From a virus (taxonomy: Duplodnaviria > Heunggongvirae > Uroviricota > Caudoviricetes), in IMG/VR virus record IMGVR_UViG_3300046460_000418: a stretch of DNA of 64,000 nt. One strand, given 5' to 3'. How positions within the stretch are numbered: position 1 is the first letter of the stretch; each line of letters starts with the position of its first letter. Shown piece after piece: positions 18,514 through 28,261 of the stretch. Position numbers and translations under genes: made by a program. The notes below the pieces were generated by a model, which saw nothing but the letters and a program-made list of their open reading frames with translations, was not told the DNA's origin and made no database searches.

Positions 18514-19098
18514 ATGGATATTCGCTGGCACAAAAACCCGCTGCGGACCACCTACGCGCTGACAGATGATGAAAAGGCGACCTTCCGGCTGAAGGTTCGC
18601 CTGGAATTGCTCGAAGAAGCCATGTCCGATGCTGTATTCCACCTGGATGTGAACGAGAGCCGCCAGTATCACGACCCACATGTGGCTCTCCAGCGGCTTC
18701 AGGCGGCGATGCCAGACGATGACGACAAAGAACCGGCCAGGGTTCAACAACAATACGAAATGCTGCTCCACGAGCTTGAAAACGGCTGCCATCACGGTGA
18801 CTGCACATGCTTCAGTGCATCTTGCGCCAAATGCCGCGCGGAGCAGATTCTCGGATGCGACAGCATCGAAGGACTGGGAAAACATTCCGCTCGACAAGTC
18901 GACGGGTCATTCGGACCGGAATGCGAACGCAGCCTCGATGAGGCCATCGAAAGACTTGCAGCCTACGAGCCGGTGCGAAGCGGCTCATGGCTAAATTATC
19001 CGGAGGAGGATTTCGCGGCTTATGTACCTGGATGGAAGGCGCAAGCTAAGGCAGCCCATGAATGGCTGGTTGCTTATCGCGCCGCCCATTTCTCGTAA
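18514..19098 (+). CDS. Hypothetical protein (194 aa) with a Cys/His cluster (CHHGDCTCFSASCAKCRAEQILGC); possibly the last gene of the P operon
   Basis: GAGGA RBS 8 nt before the ATG, 60 nt after the P5 stop, same strand. No recognisable family. Confidence 0.6.
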   Translation: MDIRWHKNPLRTTYALTDDEKATFRLKVRLELLEEAMSDAVFHLDVNESRQYHDPHVALQRLQAAMPDDDDKEPARVQQQYEMLLHELENGCHHGDCTCFSASCAKCRAEQILGCDSIEGLGKHSARQVDGSFGPECERSLDEAIERLAAYEPVRSGSWLNYPEEDFAAYVPGWKAQAKAAHEWLVAYRAAHFS

Positions 19099-19101
19099 CA
19101 G

Positions 19102-19455
19102 TTAGAAAACGGGATTAACCTGCGTGTTCAGGAGCGCAACGAAGTGCTCAGCGAGAGCCCGGTCGATCAACATGACGTGCTGTTCTTCAACCTTTGGATC
19201 ATCCGTGTCGGAATAGCGTGTCACCTTCTTCACGATCCAGACCTGCCGCATAGCGGTGCTCTTTTCCCACACGCGCCATTCGGTTTTCGCGCCGGTTTCG
19301 CAGTAGGTCGAAGTTGCCGAAAGAAACTTTCGCTCGGTATCGTCGAGTTCAGTCGACAAGGCGCAGGCGATTTCAATCAGTTCGCGCTCCGACTTGCCAT
19401 GCAAAGCAATGGAGCCAACCTGTTTGAGAGATTCGCGAATTGGACGGATTTCCAT
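19102..19455 (-). CDS. Hypothetical protein (~117 aa)
   Basis: ORF with internal ATG at 19455 (MEIRPIRESL...) and an AAGGCAGAG-like RBS. Convergent with the P operon. No family recognised. Confidence 0.4.
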   Translation of the reverse strand: MEIRPIRESLKQVGSIALHGKSERELIEIACALSTELDDTERKFLSATSTYCETGAKTEWRVWEKSTAMRQVWIVKKVTRYSDTDDPKVEEQHVMLIDRALAEHFVALLNTQVNPVF

Positions 19456-19595
19456 GACTCTGCCTTTTTTGAGTGTGCGTTGGCATGGAAATAGAGCGCA
19501 AAACGAATAAATGCAAGTTTCCTTCAAGGAATCTATGATTGCGATCTGGTGCGAGGTGCATTATCTCAACAAATAGCCGGTGAAAGGAAACACAA

Positions 19596-19778
19596 ATGAA
19601 CCAGCGCGAGATGTACTATTCGGCCGAACGACGATCAGCAGAACGCGATCTCACCTTCATGGAACTGGTGCAGCATCCGACCAATCCCCTGACGAAACGG
19701 GACCTTGTTGCCAATATCGAGCGACGTTCAGAGCTTTGGGGTCGGTATGCTGGTTGGGTGGATAAGCTTCCGAACTGA
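19596..19778 (+). CDS. Small hypothetical protein (60 aa)
   Basis: Strong RBS 'gaAAGGAAAcacaaATG'. Confidence 0.4.
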   Translation: MNQREMYYSAERRSAERDLTFMELVQHPTNPLTKRDLVANIERRSELWGRYAGWVDKLPN

Positions 19779-19784
19779 ATGCGG

Positions 19785-20507
19785 TCACGCCAAGATCGTC
19801 GCTGCGATCAAACGCACGTCCTCTAAAATCGGAAGCCTCTTAGAAATGGCTCGCTCGGTCAGTTTCGAGCCCAGCTCGCGCCACTTGTTTTCCAGGCGGC
19901 CTCGGCCAAGCCAAACGCTGACGAAACCGTCTTCCAGGTCCGTCGACGCGATGGCAGATTCCAGCAGCATGATCTTGTCGAGGATTGTCGCCAGCTCTCC
20001 ATCCTCTATTCCAGGCACGGCCGACGAAAGGTACAGCTGGCCAAGTAGAATGAATACAGCGTCTTGCACGTTTTCGGCGGCCTTTTGGTCGGCGAGCCAG
20101 CCAAAAAGTTCGAGATGGTCTCGGCTGATAGCCGTCATGTCCAGGCTTTCGATAAGCTGGATGACATGAGAGCGGTCTGTAAAGGGGCCGTCCGGATCGG
20201 TGGAGGCAACAAGCAAGGCGATACAGCAGAATGCTCGACGATTATGAAATGCATTTGTCCTGACGAAAGAGAGAGCAGGGCTTGGTTCACTCCACCCATA
20301 TAGCGACAACACCTCTTTCGGGTTCCAATCCATTGGGACCGGGATAGACGAGAAATCTTTGATCCGCACCAATTGATTAAAGTGCTCGGCCGCTTCCTGA
20401 CCATAGTCTGCGTGCGCGATCTCTTTAACATCATGTTGCGTCAGTGAATCCGCCAGCGTCTTGAACGACCGCTCAACCCGATCACTGTAGGAAACTGATT
20501 TAGCCAT
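19785..20507 (-). CDS. Hypothetical protein (~240 aa)
   Basis: Long ORF. The ATG at 20507 (MAKSVSYSDRV...) is preferred over the upstream track start. No family recognised. Confidence 0.55.
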   Translation of the reverse strand: MAKSVSYSDRVERSFKTLADSLTQHDVKEIAHADYGQEAAEHFNQLVRIKDFSSIPVPMDWNPKEVLSLYGWSEPSPALSFVRTNAFHNRRAFCCIALLVASTDPDGPFTDRSHVIQLIESLDMTAISRDHLELFGWLADQKAAENVQDAVFILLGQLYLSSAVPGIEDGELATILDKIMLLESAIASTDLEDGFVSVWLGRGRLENKWRELGSKLTERAISKRLPILEDVRLIAATILA

Positions 20508-20580
20508 GGTCAAACCTGATTGCCTTTGGATTATCTCCGCGATAAGGCACACTAACTAATACAGCAGCATGGAAGAAAAA

Positions 20581-20811
20581 ATGAGCAGTTATGCCTGGAC
20601 ATTGAAGCAGGGTTCGACAGAAACCGAGGGGCACGGCTCAGCCGAAGCACTGACCGAGCAACTAAAAAGCGCTCGGCTGCCTGGGCTTGCTCCATCTGAC
20701 TGGATCGTCGATCACCTGATTGCCGATGGTTTTGTCAATGGCTCAACAGTCTACCGGCATGACGTCACAAAGCAGGATGAGTGGACATTAACGCTTCAAC
20801 AACTCGGATAA
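20581..20811 (+). CDS. Small hypothetical protein (~76 aa)
   Basis: GGAAGAAAAA before the ATG at 20581 (MSSYAWTLKQ...). Confidence 0.35.
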   Translation: MSSYAWTLKQGSTETEGHGSAEALTEQLKSARLPGLAPSDWIVDHLIADGFVNGSTVYRHDVTKQDEWTLTLQQLG

Positions 20812-20880
20812 CCAAACGCAATTTAGGAATAGAGCGCAGCTGGGCCACCGCAAGGCTAACGCGCCGCCCAGCTGTCTAAA

Positions 20881-21540
20881 TCAGGCTTCAGCCGGAAGCT
20901 CGCGCAGAACCTTGACCGGAAACCAGGCAACTTCCTTGCCGAATTTCAACTGTAGGAGATCGTCATGGTCACTGTTGCGCTGATAGTCGGCGTCGACAAC
21001 GGTGCCGATGTTGCCCTGAGGTGTCTGCCATCGGCTGGAAGCGGCACGAGCGATAGCCTGGTCTCGAAGATCGAAGGAGAGATTTTCTCCAACACCATGT
21101 CGGTTGCCGTGGTCATCGCGCAACAGCGTCAGCAGATAAGGAACTTCGAGGCCGTTATCGTAAGTCACGGTGATTTTTGTGCCGCCGTCCTTTGCATTCT
21201 TGAAGGTGACAGCCTCTCCGTTCGGAGCCACAAACCGGTATTTCGAGAGGGTTTCGTCGAATACCCGAAAATACTTGCGCATGAATTTGTAATGAAGCGG
21301 AAGAACAGCATAAAAAGGGATGAATGCCACGAACCAGATGCCAAAAAACTTCAGACCTCGGTGGAAATCCATCAGCTCTTCGAAACGGGTAAGGAGATCG
21401 AAGACAAAATACAGGGTGATAGGGATGGCAGCATAATTGAGGATTTTGACAACTTGCCGCGTCCGAGGAGATTGGCCGTGAGCCAATGTGCGCAACCGTT
21501 GCAGTTCGGTGGCTTCGATAATCGTAGACGTCATATTCAT
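20881..21540 (-). CDS. Hypothetical membrane protein (219 aa; 2-3 hydrophobic helices)
   Basis: AGGAA RBS. Hydrophobic segments 'AAIPITLYFVFDLL' and 'FFGIWFVAFIPFYAVLPL'. Confidence 0.55.
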   Translation of the reverse strand: MNMTSTIIEATELQRLRTLAHGQSPRTRQVVKILNYAAIPITLYFVFDLLTRFEELMDFHRGLKFFGIWFVAFIPFYAVLPLHYKFMRKYFRVFDETLSKYRFVAPNGEAVTFKNAKDGGTKITVTYDNGLEVPYLLTLLRDDHGNRHGVGENLSFDLRDQAIARAASSRWQTPQGNIGTVVDADYQRNSDHDDLLQLKFGKEVAWFPVKVLRELPAEA

Positions 21541-21766
21541 TTCCTAGAGGCACTAAGCAAAACGATGCTGAGAAACTCGTATCCTGTCAACGTATAATGG
21601 CTGCCGCACTCAACCACCAGGAGGTCGCAATCGATAACGCTAGTTATCGACCGTCGAGTACGATCTCGGCTTATGCGCTCGGTCTGATGCCGTAAGGTTT
21701 GAAAATGATGCCGGAGCGCTTTATATCGCGGGCTGATATTATCTGCTGAAGCGATGAGGTGCCACC

Positions 21767-22099
21767 ATGACGAACTATCAAGAAGTCGAAAATGCATTCC
21801 GCTCATGGTGGACGAACTATAATGCTGACAGTGACGATCTTCCTGGAGATTCTCATCTGGCTTGCGCCGCTTTCGAGGCGGGTGTTCGGAAGGCCGGTGG
21901 AAGCATCAAACCTGCTCTGACCAGCGTTACGCACGCACCGGTTCATGGCAGCGAGCGGGACCCTTATGAAGTTGCCAATCAACTGGGCGGCTTTGTCGGA
22001 CCTGACACGGATAAAAAGCTGTCTGCGTTTCTGATCCGAGAGGCAAAGGAGGCAGCACTTCTGGCCGACGAAATCGTCAGACTTCGCAACGAGGTTTGA
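21767..22099 (+). CDS. Hypothetical protein (110 aa)
   Basis: GAGGTG RBS + ATG; clean ORF. Confidence 0.5.
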   Translation: MTNYQEVENAFRSWWTNYNADSDDLPGDSHLACAAFEAGVRKAGGSIKPALTSVTHAPVHGSERDPYEVANQLGGFVGPDTDKKLSAFLIREAKEAALLADEIVRLRNEV

Positions 22100-22187
22100 C
22101 GACATCTGTTAAAAAGTTCACCCGCGATCTTTCAATCGCGGGTGAAGCGGGTTCATAATTTCCCCGATTCAATTCAGGAAATTATCG

Positions 22188-23765
22188 ATGTCTGAAGAAA
22201 CTGACTACCGGGCACCTTATCGCGGTCGCGTAACCATGGAAGTTTTTATCGCCCGGCAATTGGGATGGGGCGTTTACTTCGTCCGATTGGCAGACGGCCA
22301 GTGGAAACGTGTTCCTGTAGAAGATGACGTTTCCGACGAGAACACATATTCCATTTCCTTCGACGAACCGTCGGCTGAAGATCAAATCAGCTTGAACTCC
22401 CTCTTCACTAATGGTGGCATGCTCCCCGTTGATGCTTCATCGCTGGACCGCGTGCGCGGCTATGGGAAAGACCCTGAAAGCAAAATCACGCACTCTCGGT
22501 TCGAAGCCCAATTGGCGTCGATGAATGCGCAACTGTTCGACATGGATAAAGACGTTCGACAAAACCTGAGGGATCAGCTCGACAAGGCCGAGGAAGCAAT
22601 CCGAGACGAGGAAGATCAAGAGCGTACTCTAAATGCAGTCGAAAAAATGGTTCGCAGGGGCCTGGGTGCCGTTTCGTGCTATGACGGCCACGAAAGCTGC
22701 TGGTTTGAATTGAGGCCATTGACGCGAACTGACACCTCATTTGCTATGAAGACTACAAAGGCAAAGGAAGAAGTCGGGTACGAGACGATTTATCGTGGGT
22801 CCTATGACGAGTGCGGCCTTCTCGGACAAATTCCAATCAACGAAAAGGAAGTGTTTCTGCCGACCAGAAAGGCCTTCGAACAATTTGGCGTCGCCATCAC
22901 TGATAAAAGCATTGTTGCCCCGGAAAATCATCGTAAAATTCATGCTGACTGGCGCAGAGCAGGCTGGACCAAGATTGCTCGACAGCAAGATGTTCGCATT
23001 AATGTCGTACAGCGCGAGCCGAGACATTGGGGTGATGATGATGATAGGGAGCCTCTTCTTGGGTTTGAACTAGGTGACACAAGCATTGAGGGCGGTGCTG
23101 CATCCAATACCATTGCGGCATGGCGCGAAGGGGTCCAAGTTGAATTCTGGGGTGAATATTCGACGGCCCTGGACCCTTTTCAGGCTAACACATACGACCA
23201 CATCGACGGTCTCGTAAAGGACTTGCTAGCTGACGGTCGCTTTGTCACCGATTTCCGGCGTGTCGTGGGGCACTGTGCAACGGCAGCAGATATCCTTGCC
23301 AAACTGGACGAAGGAATGTTGCTGCAGGATGGACACAAACCGGTGTTGATGTTCCCGCGCGTCGATAACATCCATGGAGACCTTATCTCTGTTGATGGAC
23401 GCATTGCGCGAGGACTCATCAAGGAGAAAGAAATTATCATCGTCGATCAATTCAAGACTGATTACACGCACGTCTACATGTATGCTCGACCGGGAAGCGA
23501 TCTCGCCAAGAATGCACCGCCCGCTCCGAAGCCAAAGAAGAAGCGGGACCGCAGCAAGATTATCGCTCGGGATGACGACGGCGAGGCCATCACCATGAAC
23601 GATCTCAATTTTGAGAGTTACCAGCGACCGCTCGACGGATGGTCGTTCAACCTCGTTCCTTCATTTGAATTCGACGGTAGTGATGACGATTGGGATGATC
23701 TACAGCTGATCGAGCAGGTAAAGGAAAGACGTCGTCGGCTGAAAGTCGAAGCCGTCAAAGGCTGA
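22188..23765 (+). CDS. Hypothetical 525-aa protein with a strongly basic C-terminal region (KNAPPAPKPKKKRDRSKIIARDDDG ... KERRRRLK)
   Basis: AGGAAATTATCG-ATG start. Long clean ORF with no signal peptide and no recognised domain. NLS-like basic cluster near the C-terminus. Confidence 0.75.
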   Translation: MSEETDYRAPYRGRVTMEVFIARQLGWGVYFVRLADGQWKRVPVEDDVSDENTYSISFDEPSAEDQISLNSLFTNGGMLPVDASSLDRVRGYGKDPESKITHSRFEAQLASMNAQLFDMDKDVRQNLRDQLDKAEEAIRDEEDQERTLNAVEKMVRRGLGAVSCYDGHESCWFELRPLTRTDTSFAMKTTKAKEEVGYETIYRGSYDECGLLGQIPINEKEVFLPTRKAFEQFGVAITDKSIVAPENHRKIHADWRRAGWTKIARQQDVRINVVQREPRHWGDDDDREPLLGFELGDTSIEGGAASNTIAAWREGVQVEFWGEYSTALDPFQANTYDHIDGLVKDLLADGRFVTDFRRVVGHCATAADILAKLDEGMLLQDGHKPVLMFPRVDNIHGDLISVDGRIARGLIKEKEIIIVDQFKTDYTHVYMYARPGSDLAKNAPPAPKPKKKRDRSKIIARDDDGEAITMNDLNFESYQRPLDGWSFNLVPSFEFDGSDDDWDDLQLIEQVKERRRRLKVEAVKG

Positions 23766-23786
23766 TAATGGGTCTTATCGGTATTT

Positions 23787-23820
23787 GCCGGGTAGTCGCG
23801 CTTCAAGCGGACTACCCGGC
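23787..23820. terminator. Long perfect hairpin between convergent genes (GCCGGGTAGTCGCGCTT-ca-AGCGGACTACCCGGC); possible bidirectional terminator (weak U-tract)
   Basis: 16-bp inverted repeat read directly. It sits between the 23765 stop (+) and the 23827 stop (-). Confidence 0.45.
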
Positions 23821-23826
23821 AACGGA

Positions 23827-24390
23827 TTATTTCACGTTAAAGGCTTGCTTCAACTCCGCCAAAGTCGTGACGCTTTCGTCTGCGATGAAACCAGTATCCC
23901 AGTCTTTCTTATAGGCGGCCGCACGCACGGTGCCGTCATCATAGACCTTGTAGATTTCCAGTATCCCCGGCATGGCCGCGTACTGATCGATTACACGAAA
24001 CGAACCAACCTGAGCGCAGGCCCTCTTGCTGGTCGAAGCGTCGTCCATGGCTGTATATCCATTGGTGCTGCAGAACATGTTGGGTTTCGCGCTTATAGCC
24101 GCTTTCACCAGCGGGGCGTATTCTACTGCACGCGCCTCTGCAACGATCTCGATCCGGCGGGCGTCACCCCATGCCTTCATGGTGGCGACATCACCGATCA
24201 CAGCGACAAGTAAGAGAACAGGTAAAGCCGCGACCGCGATCTTTCCGATAACTCGGCCGCACCTCGATGGGGTTAGTCCGACTTCAGCTTTTTGCCTGAG
24301 ACGGGACATGTAATAGAGGAAAATGAGGACGGCTAGCTCGATGGCTATCGTGGTTGATGCGAGTACAAGGAACTTCGTTTCGAGGAACAT
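23827..24390 (-). CDS. Hypothetical membrane protein (~188 aa, 2 TM)
   Basis: ORF with hydrophobic stretches 'FLVLASTTIAIELAVLIFLYY' and 'IAVAALPVLLLVAVI'. Start ambiguous: 24390 or 24435. Confidence 0.5.
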   Translation of the reverse strand: MFLETKFLVLASTTIAIELAVLIFLYYMSRLRQKAEVGLTPSRCGRVIGKIAVAALPVLLLVAVIGDVATMKAWGDARRIEIVAEARAVEYAPLVKAAISAKPNMFCSTNGYTAMDDASTSKRACAQVGSFRVIDQYAAMPGILEIYKVYDDGTVRAAAYKKDWDTGFIADESVTTLAELKQAFNVK

Positions 24391-25274
24391 TAGGTTTTGC
24401 TTTCTGGATGGATTTAACACAAGCTCCGGACGCATCCTGAGGCTCTAGTTTCCATTAGAAAATCAGACCTGAGTGCCCGCAAATGATAACGGGTTTCTCG
24501 AAAAATCAATCGATTCCAAGTTTTGCAAGGATATGCTTAGCTTGTCGAGAGAACACCGAATATGTCCTTGGCAAACGGCGTTGCGCAAGGAAAGCGCGGG
24601 CTTTGTTCGTTGCGGTGAGTTACGAAAGTTTCATCTGCTGGGAGGGAGACGGTATGACCTATGCAGTCTATGACCCGGACAATATAGAGATCGTATCGCG
24701 TTCACTCGTGCAAATGCCGGGGATGACATAACCCAGCGTCGGTCTAGAAGTCTTGGGATATGTGACTTATGTCTATCTCAGGTTCAAACCACGGGGGCAT
24801 CGATCATGCAGATGAAGGAATACGTCAAGGGTTGGCTGAACGGTGTTGGGCGTCCGGACCTTGCTCGAAAGGCAGATCGCGATGAACTGCCGGAACTGAA
24901 CACAGCAGAGGCAGTGGCGCTGTTTTCCGAATTTCAGAAGAAGAACGCTTCGCCTAACGACTTTCTGTCCCAAATTCTGGGTATTGATGCCTGAAGCGTT
25001 GTGTTGAGACATGAAAAACCCGCCTTTTGCACCGCCCATTGAAGGGCTCGCTTCCCCGAGAGGAGCAGGTGTGGCGGGTCTAATCTTCCTCCCGCACTTT
25101 TGCACTTCCTTGAAAGGTCACCGCCTGCAAGCGGCAAGTGTGCCGGGATGTATTGACCAAAGCCTCCCACAGGCAGCAGCCTTGGGCAAGTGGTCGCTGC
25201 CAATCCATTCAAGTATTTAGAAGCGCCTCTCGCGAAATCCGTAAGCACGCTAAGTAGAGGCTTTGTCGTGTCGA

Positions 25275-26108
25275 TTAAATCTTGAGAGACTCAGCCGCCA
25301 AGGCGGCTTTGAGATCGTCGATGTCAAAGCCGCGCTTCGGGTCGAATTCGATGAATTTGCTTGGATCGTCGATATCGCTGATCGGGACATATAGAACAGT
25401 TTCACGCTGATCCGAAGTCTGTATCACCCTGCAGACTGAACCTTCGTGTTTGAAATTGCATTCTCCCGGCTGATGTGGCAGGTGTTTCAGCCAGTTCAAC
25501 AGCTGTGCATTCTTTTTGACGTCTCCCCTGGAAGGCACCGCCTGGCTGATCAGCAGTTTGTTTTCAATGAGGTACTTCAGCGCTGATGTCAGGTCGATAT
25601 TGGCGGCCGTTTCGATATCCGCGACTTTGGTTTGATCTTCGACGACTGAAACGAGGTTGATAAAAGTTGGGCTTATGGCAAGCACCTTCCCATTCACCGA
25701 AAGCATCTCGCGCTTGATGATAACGGAACCAAGACCGCCGCCGATTGCTCCGAAGATATCGACGGCTTCCGCGAGCTTCCCAACAGTCTTGCGGTATTCC
25801 GATCTCTCCGCATTGACGGAGAGATCGCGCCTTGTGATCCCTACTGTGGCAAGCTCGCGGCAAATTTCCTCCATTCGGGGCTCAATTTCGCCGAGCAGTT
25901 CCTTGGCTCGCGCTTCAAATTTATCGTCACCGTACTCGGAAGCATACTCCGGAGGGAGATCGGCTTTTGGGAACGCGGAAGCAGGATCGTTATCGAGCAG
26001 GAAATGCACACCGTGAGCGTCCGGGAAGGACTTTAAGAGTTCGACCGCAATGCCGGAATGGAGGACGATGATTTCGTCCAGCAAAATTTGAATATCCAAG
26101 TCAGCCAT
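25275..26108 (-). CDS. Hypothetical protein (~277 aa) ending ...AALAAESLKI
   Basis: AAGGAA RBS before the ATG at 26108 (MADLDIQILLDEI...). No family recognised. Confidence 0.6.
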   Translation of the reverse strand: MADLDIQILLDEIIVLHSGIAVELLKSFPDAHGVHFLLDNDPASAFPKADLPPEYASEYGDDKFEARAKELLGEIEPRMEEICRELATVGITRRDLSVNAERSEYRKTVGKLAEAVDIFGAIGGGLGSVIIKREMLSVNGKVLAISPTFINLVSVVEDQTKVADIETAANIDLTSALKYLIENKLLISQAVPSRGDVKKNAQLLNWLKHLPHQPGECNFKHEGSVCRVIQTSDQRETVLYVPISDIDDPSKFIEFDPKRGFDIDDLKAALAAESLKI

Positions 26109-26261
26109 TGGTCGTTCCTTCGGGGGCGATGCCTGAGAAATAGGGGAAAGCGCTGCATCGGTCAAGGAAACACAAGTAAAACAATGAGAACAAAGCGCTG
26201 CAGCGTGAAAGAGAACCGGAGGCTCTGACCGCATAAACCAACGCAAAACGGCCGCGTCTCG

Positions 26262-26714
26262 TCAGGCGGCCGTTTTCTTTCTTGAAACACCGTCATACCG
26301 TTTTTGGAGCCTGGACAGCGTCTCAAGCTCGCAGGGTGGAAGAACGTAACGGAACTGACGCAAAACTTCCTGCTCGCCTGTTGTCAGCGTCTCTCGATCT
26401 CCGAGCGTGAAGCCCTGTTTCGAAAACGAGTATCGAAACTCGATCTCCCCGTCATTGTCCTTATCGAATACGATCCAGGAAACTCGGCTATCTTTTCGAA
26501 ACGTGGGGCTGACATCAGGCCAGAAAGAGGTCTTCAGCCGCAGACGGCACTTTGCACTATCGATGATTTCCTGCCGGAGAGCCTGCAGGGCAGCCATCAT
26601 AGCATCGACTTTCTCGACACTGCCGGTCAAAACATCAAGCACAGCGTCGGCTTCAAAACCTAAAATAGGCTTCAGCATTTCCTTTGCGGATTTCGGTTTG
26701 TCGGCCTCTGCCAT
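26262..26714 (-). CDS. Hypothetical protein (~150 aa)
   Basis: AGGAG RBS before the ATG at 26714 (MAEADKPKSAKEML...). Confidence 0.5.
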   Translation of the reverse strand: MAEADKPKSAKEMLKPILGFEADAVLDVLTGSVEKVDAMMAALQALRQEIIDSAKCRLRLKTSFWPDVSPTFRKDSRVSWIVFDKDNDGEIEFRYSFSKQGFTLGDRETLTTGEQEVLRQFRYVLPPCELETLSRLQKRYDGVSRKKTAA

Positions 26715-27273
26715 CCACACCACTCCTATAACCATCCTCATATAAAGCAAGATCGTCGATCCGGAAAGATGGCTGAACGGAAAATGTTCCTATTTCGTTC
26801 CGAAGGCAAGGCAAGGCAAGAAAAACCCGGCTAGAATTTTCGTCTGCCGGGTCCGATAACCGTGAATGGCGGTTATCGGACGATTTTGGAGCCGGTCGAA
26901 GGGCAAACCAGGCACTCCAACGTTCGTCATCTTCGAGGCGGCCGTCGCAGAGTTCGAAACACATGTCCTCGGTTCCGTAAGGACTCAAGCGTATCAGGCA
27001 GAAATCATCAAACGGCCTCGGTCGGGCTCTTCTTCTCAAGAAATTCGACGATTTCTTCCGCGAGATTGCACGCGATTGAGGACGCAACAGGCTTGCCATT
27101 ATCTTCGACCATATGGGTCGCGATCCAGGCGGCAAGGCCGTTGATGTCGTTCCTGTGCACCATTTCATTGACGCGGGCCAGTCGACGTAGTTTCACATAA
27201 AATCCTTCCAATATTCTGAAATTTGCCGATGAAGCGAAAGAGTCGTTCGGCGATCACCGGACGATAATGCCTC

Positions 27274-27765
27274 TTATCGGCGTTTGGCCCTGGCGTAATA
27301 GCGCTTGGGCCTTCCGGTCGAATCCTTGGGGAGAATGAAGGCATTGATGCCGACAAGGTCCCCGATTTGCCGAATGGCAAAGTCGCCATCGTTGTTCACC
27401 TGTCCGGTGATCGCTGAAACGACCTTGGGAGCAGGGGTTCTGGACAGGCGAGCGCCAAGGCTTGGATCACGCTTTACGAGGTCAGGTCGAGACATCAAGA
27501 GCCAGGCGGCGAAAAATGCATCTGTGTACCAGTTGTCAGGGGTGTGGCCAGCAGGAACCGACGGCATCACTGCCGTGGCCAATGCGGTCTCCAGACTGGC
27601 GCTCATCTGCTCCAGATCAACATTGTCCAGCCAGCGATTGAAGTCGGCTGAAATCGTGTCCGTATCTATGCTCTTCGCTGCCAGGAGGTATCCAGCGATG
27701 ACGCATGCGGCCGAGTTCGACGAGCCGAGAGAAAACCGGATGATGTCACCTTCGTTGATATTCAT
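27274..27765 (-). CDS. Hypothetical protein (163 aa) with basic C-terminus (RPKRYYARAKRR)
   Basis: Clean ORF. No family recognised. Confidence 0.45.
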   Translation of the reverse strand: MNINEGDIIRFSLGSSNSAACVIAGYLLAAKSIDTDTISADFNRWLDNVDLEQMSASLETALATAVMPSVPAGHTPDNWYTDAFFAAWLLMSRPDLVKRDPSLGARLSRTPAPKVVSAITGQVNNDGDFAIRQIGDLVGINAFILPKDSTGRPKRYYARAKRR

Positions 27766-28261
27766 AGAATGCCCTTTTCAAACTTCGCCGATATCACGAA
27801 ATGAGCCGTCGCGGAACTGCTCCGTGTTCTCGACGCCGCCGTCTTCACGGATGACACACCAGTCGAGCGCACGAATTTCTTCAGCACTCAGTCGGATACC
27901 GACCCCTTCCTGGCTGGCATCCCTGATACGGTCGACCACGTAAGAAAGGGTCGAAGCATAGGTGAGCGGCGTGCCATCCTGCCGTTTGAGGTAATTGCGA
28001 ACGCGTTTGCTGGACATCGAGATCATTCCAAATTGAGCTTGGACTTATATGGCGCAAGTTGATCTGAGGTTAAAGGCTTCGACGTCACAGGGCCCCCAGC
28101 TTCACGGTCAGCGTTCCCTGCTCATCAGCACTGCGGAAATTTCTGCATCAGGAGAATAAGCGTCAAGGAAATGTCGAAAAATTGTTGACGTCTTGCGATT
28201 TTTCAAAGGACAATCCACTCGCCGACATTTGGGAATGCACGCTCGCGTGTTCGATTGATTA

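Noticed and set aside
26653-27200. Overlapping 171-aa (-) and 112-aa (+) ORFs
   Set aside because: They are mutually overlapping and overlap the better-supported small ORF at 27008-27196. Arg/Ser-rich shadow-like composition.
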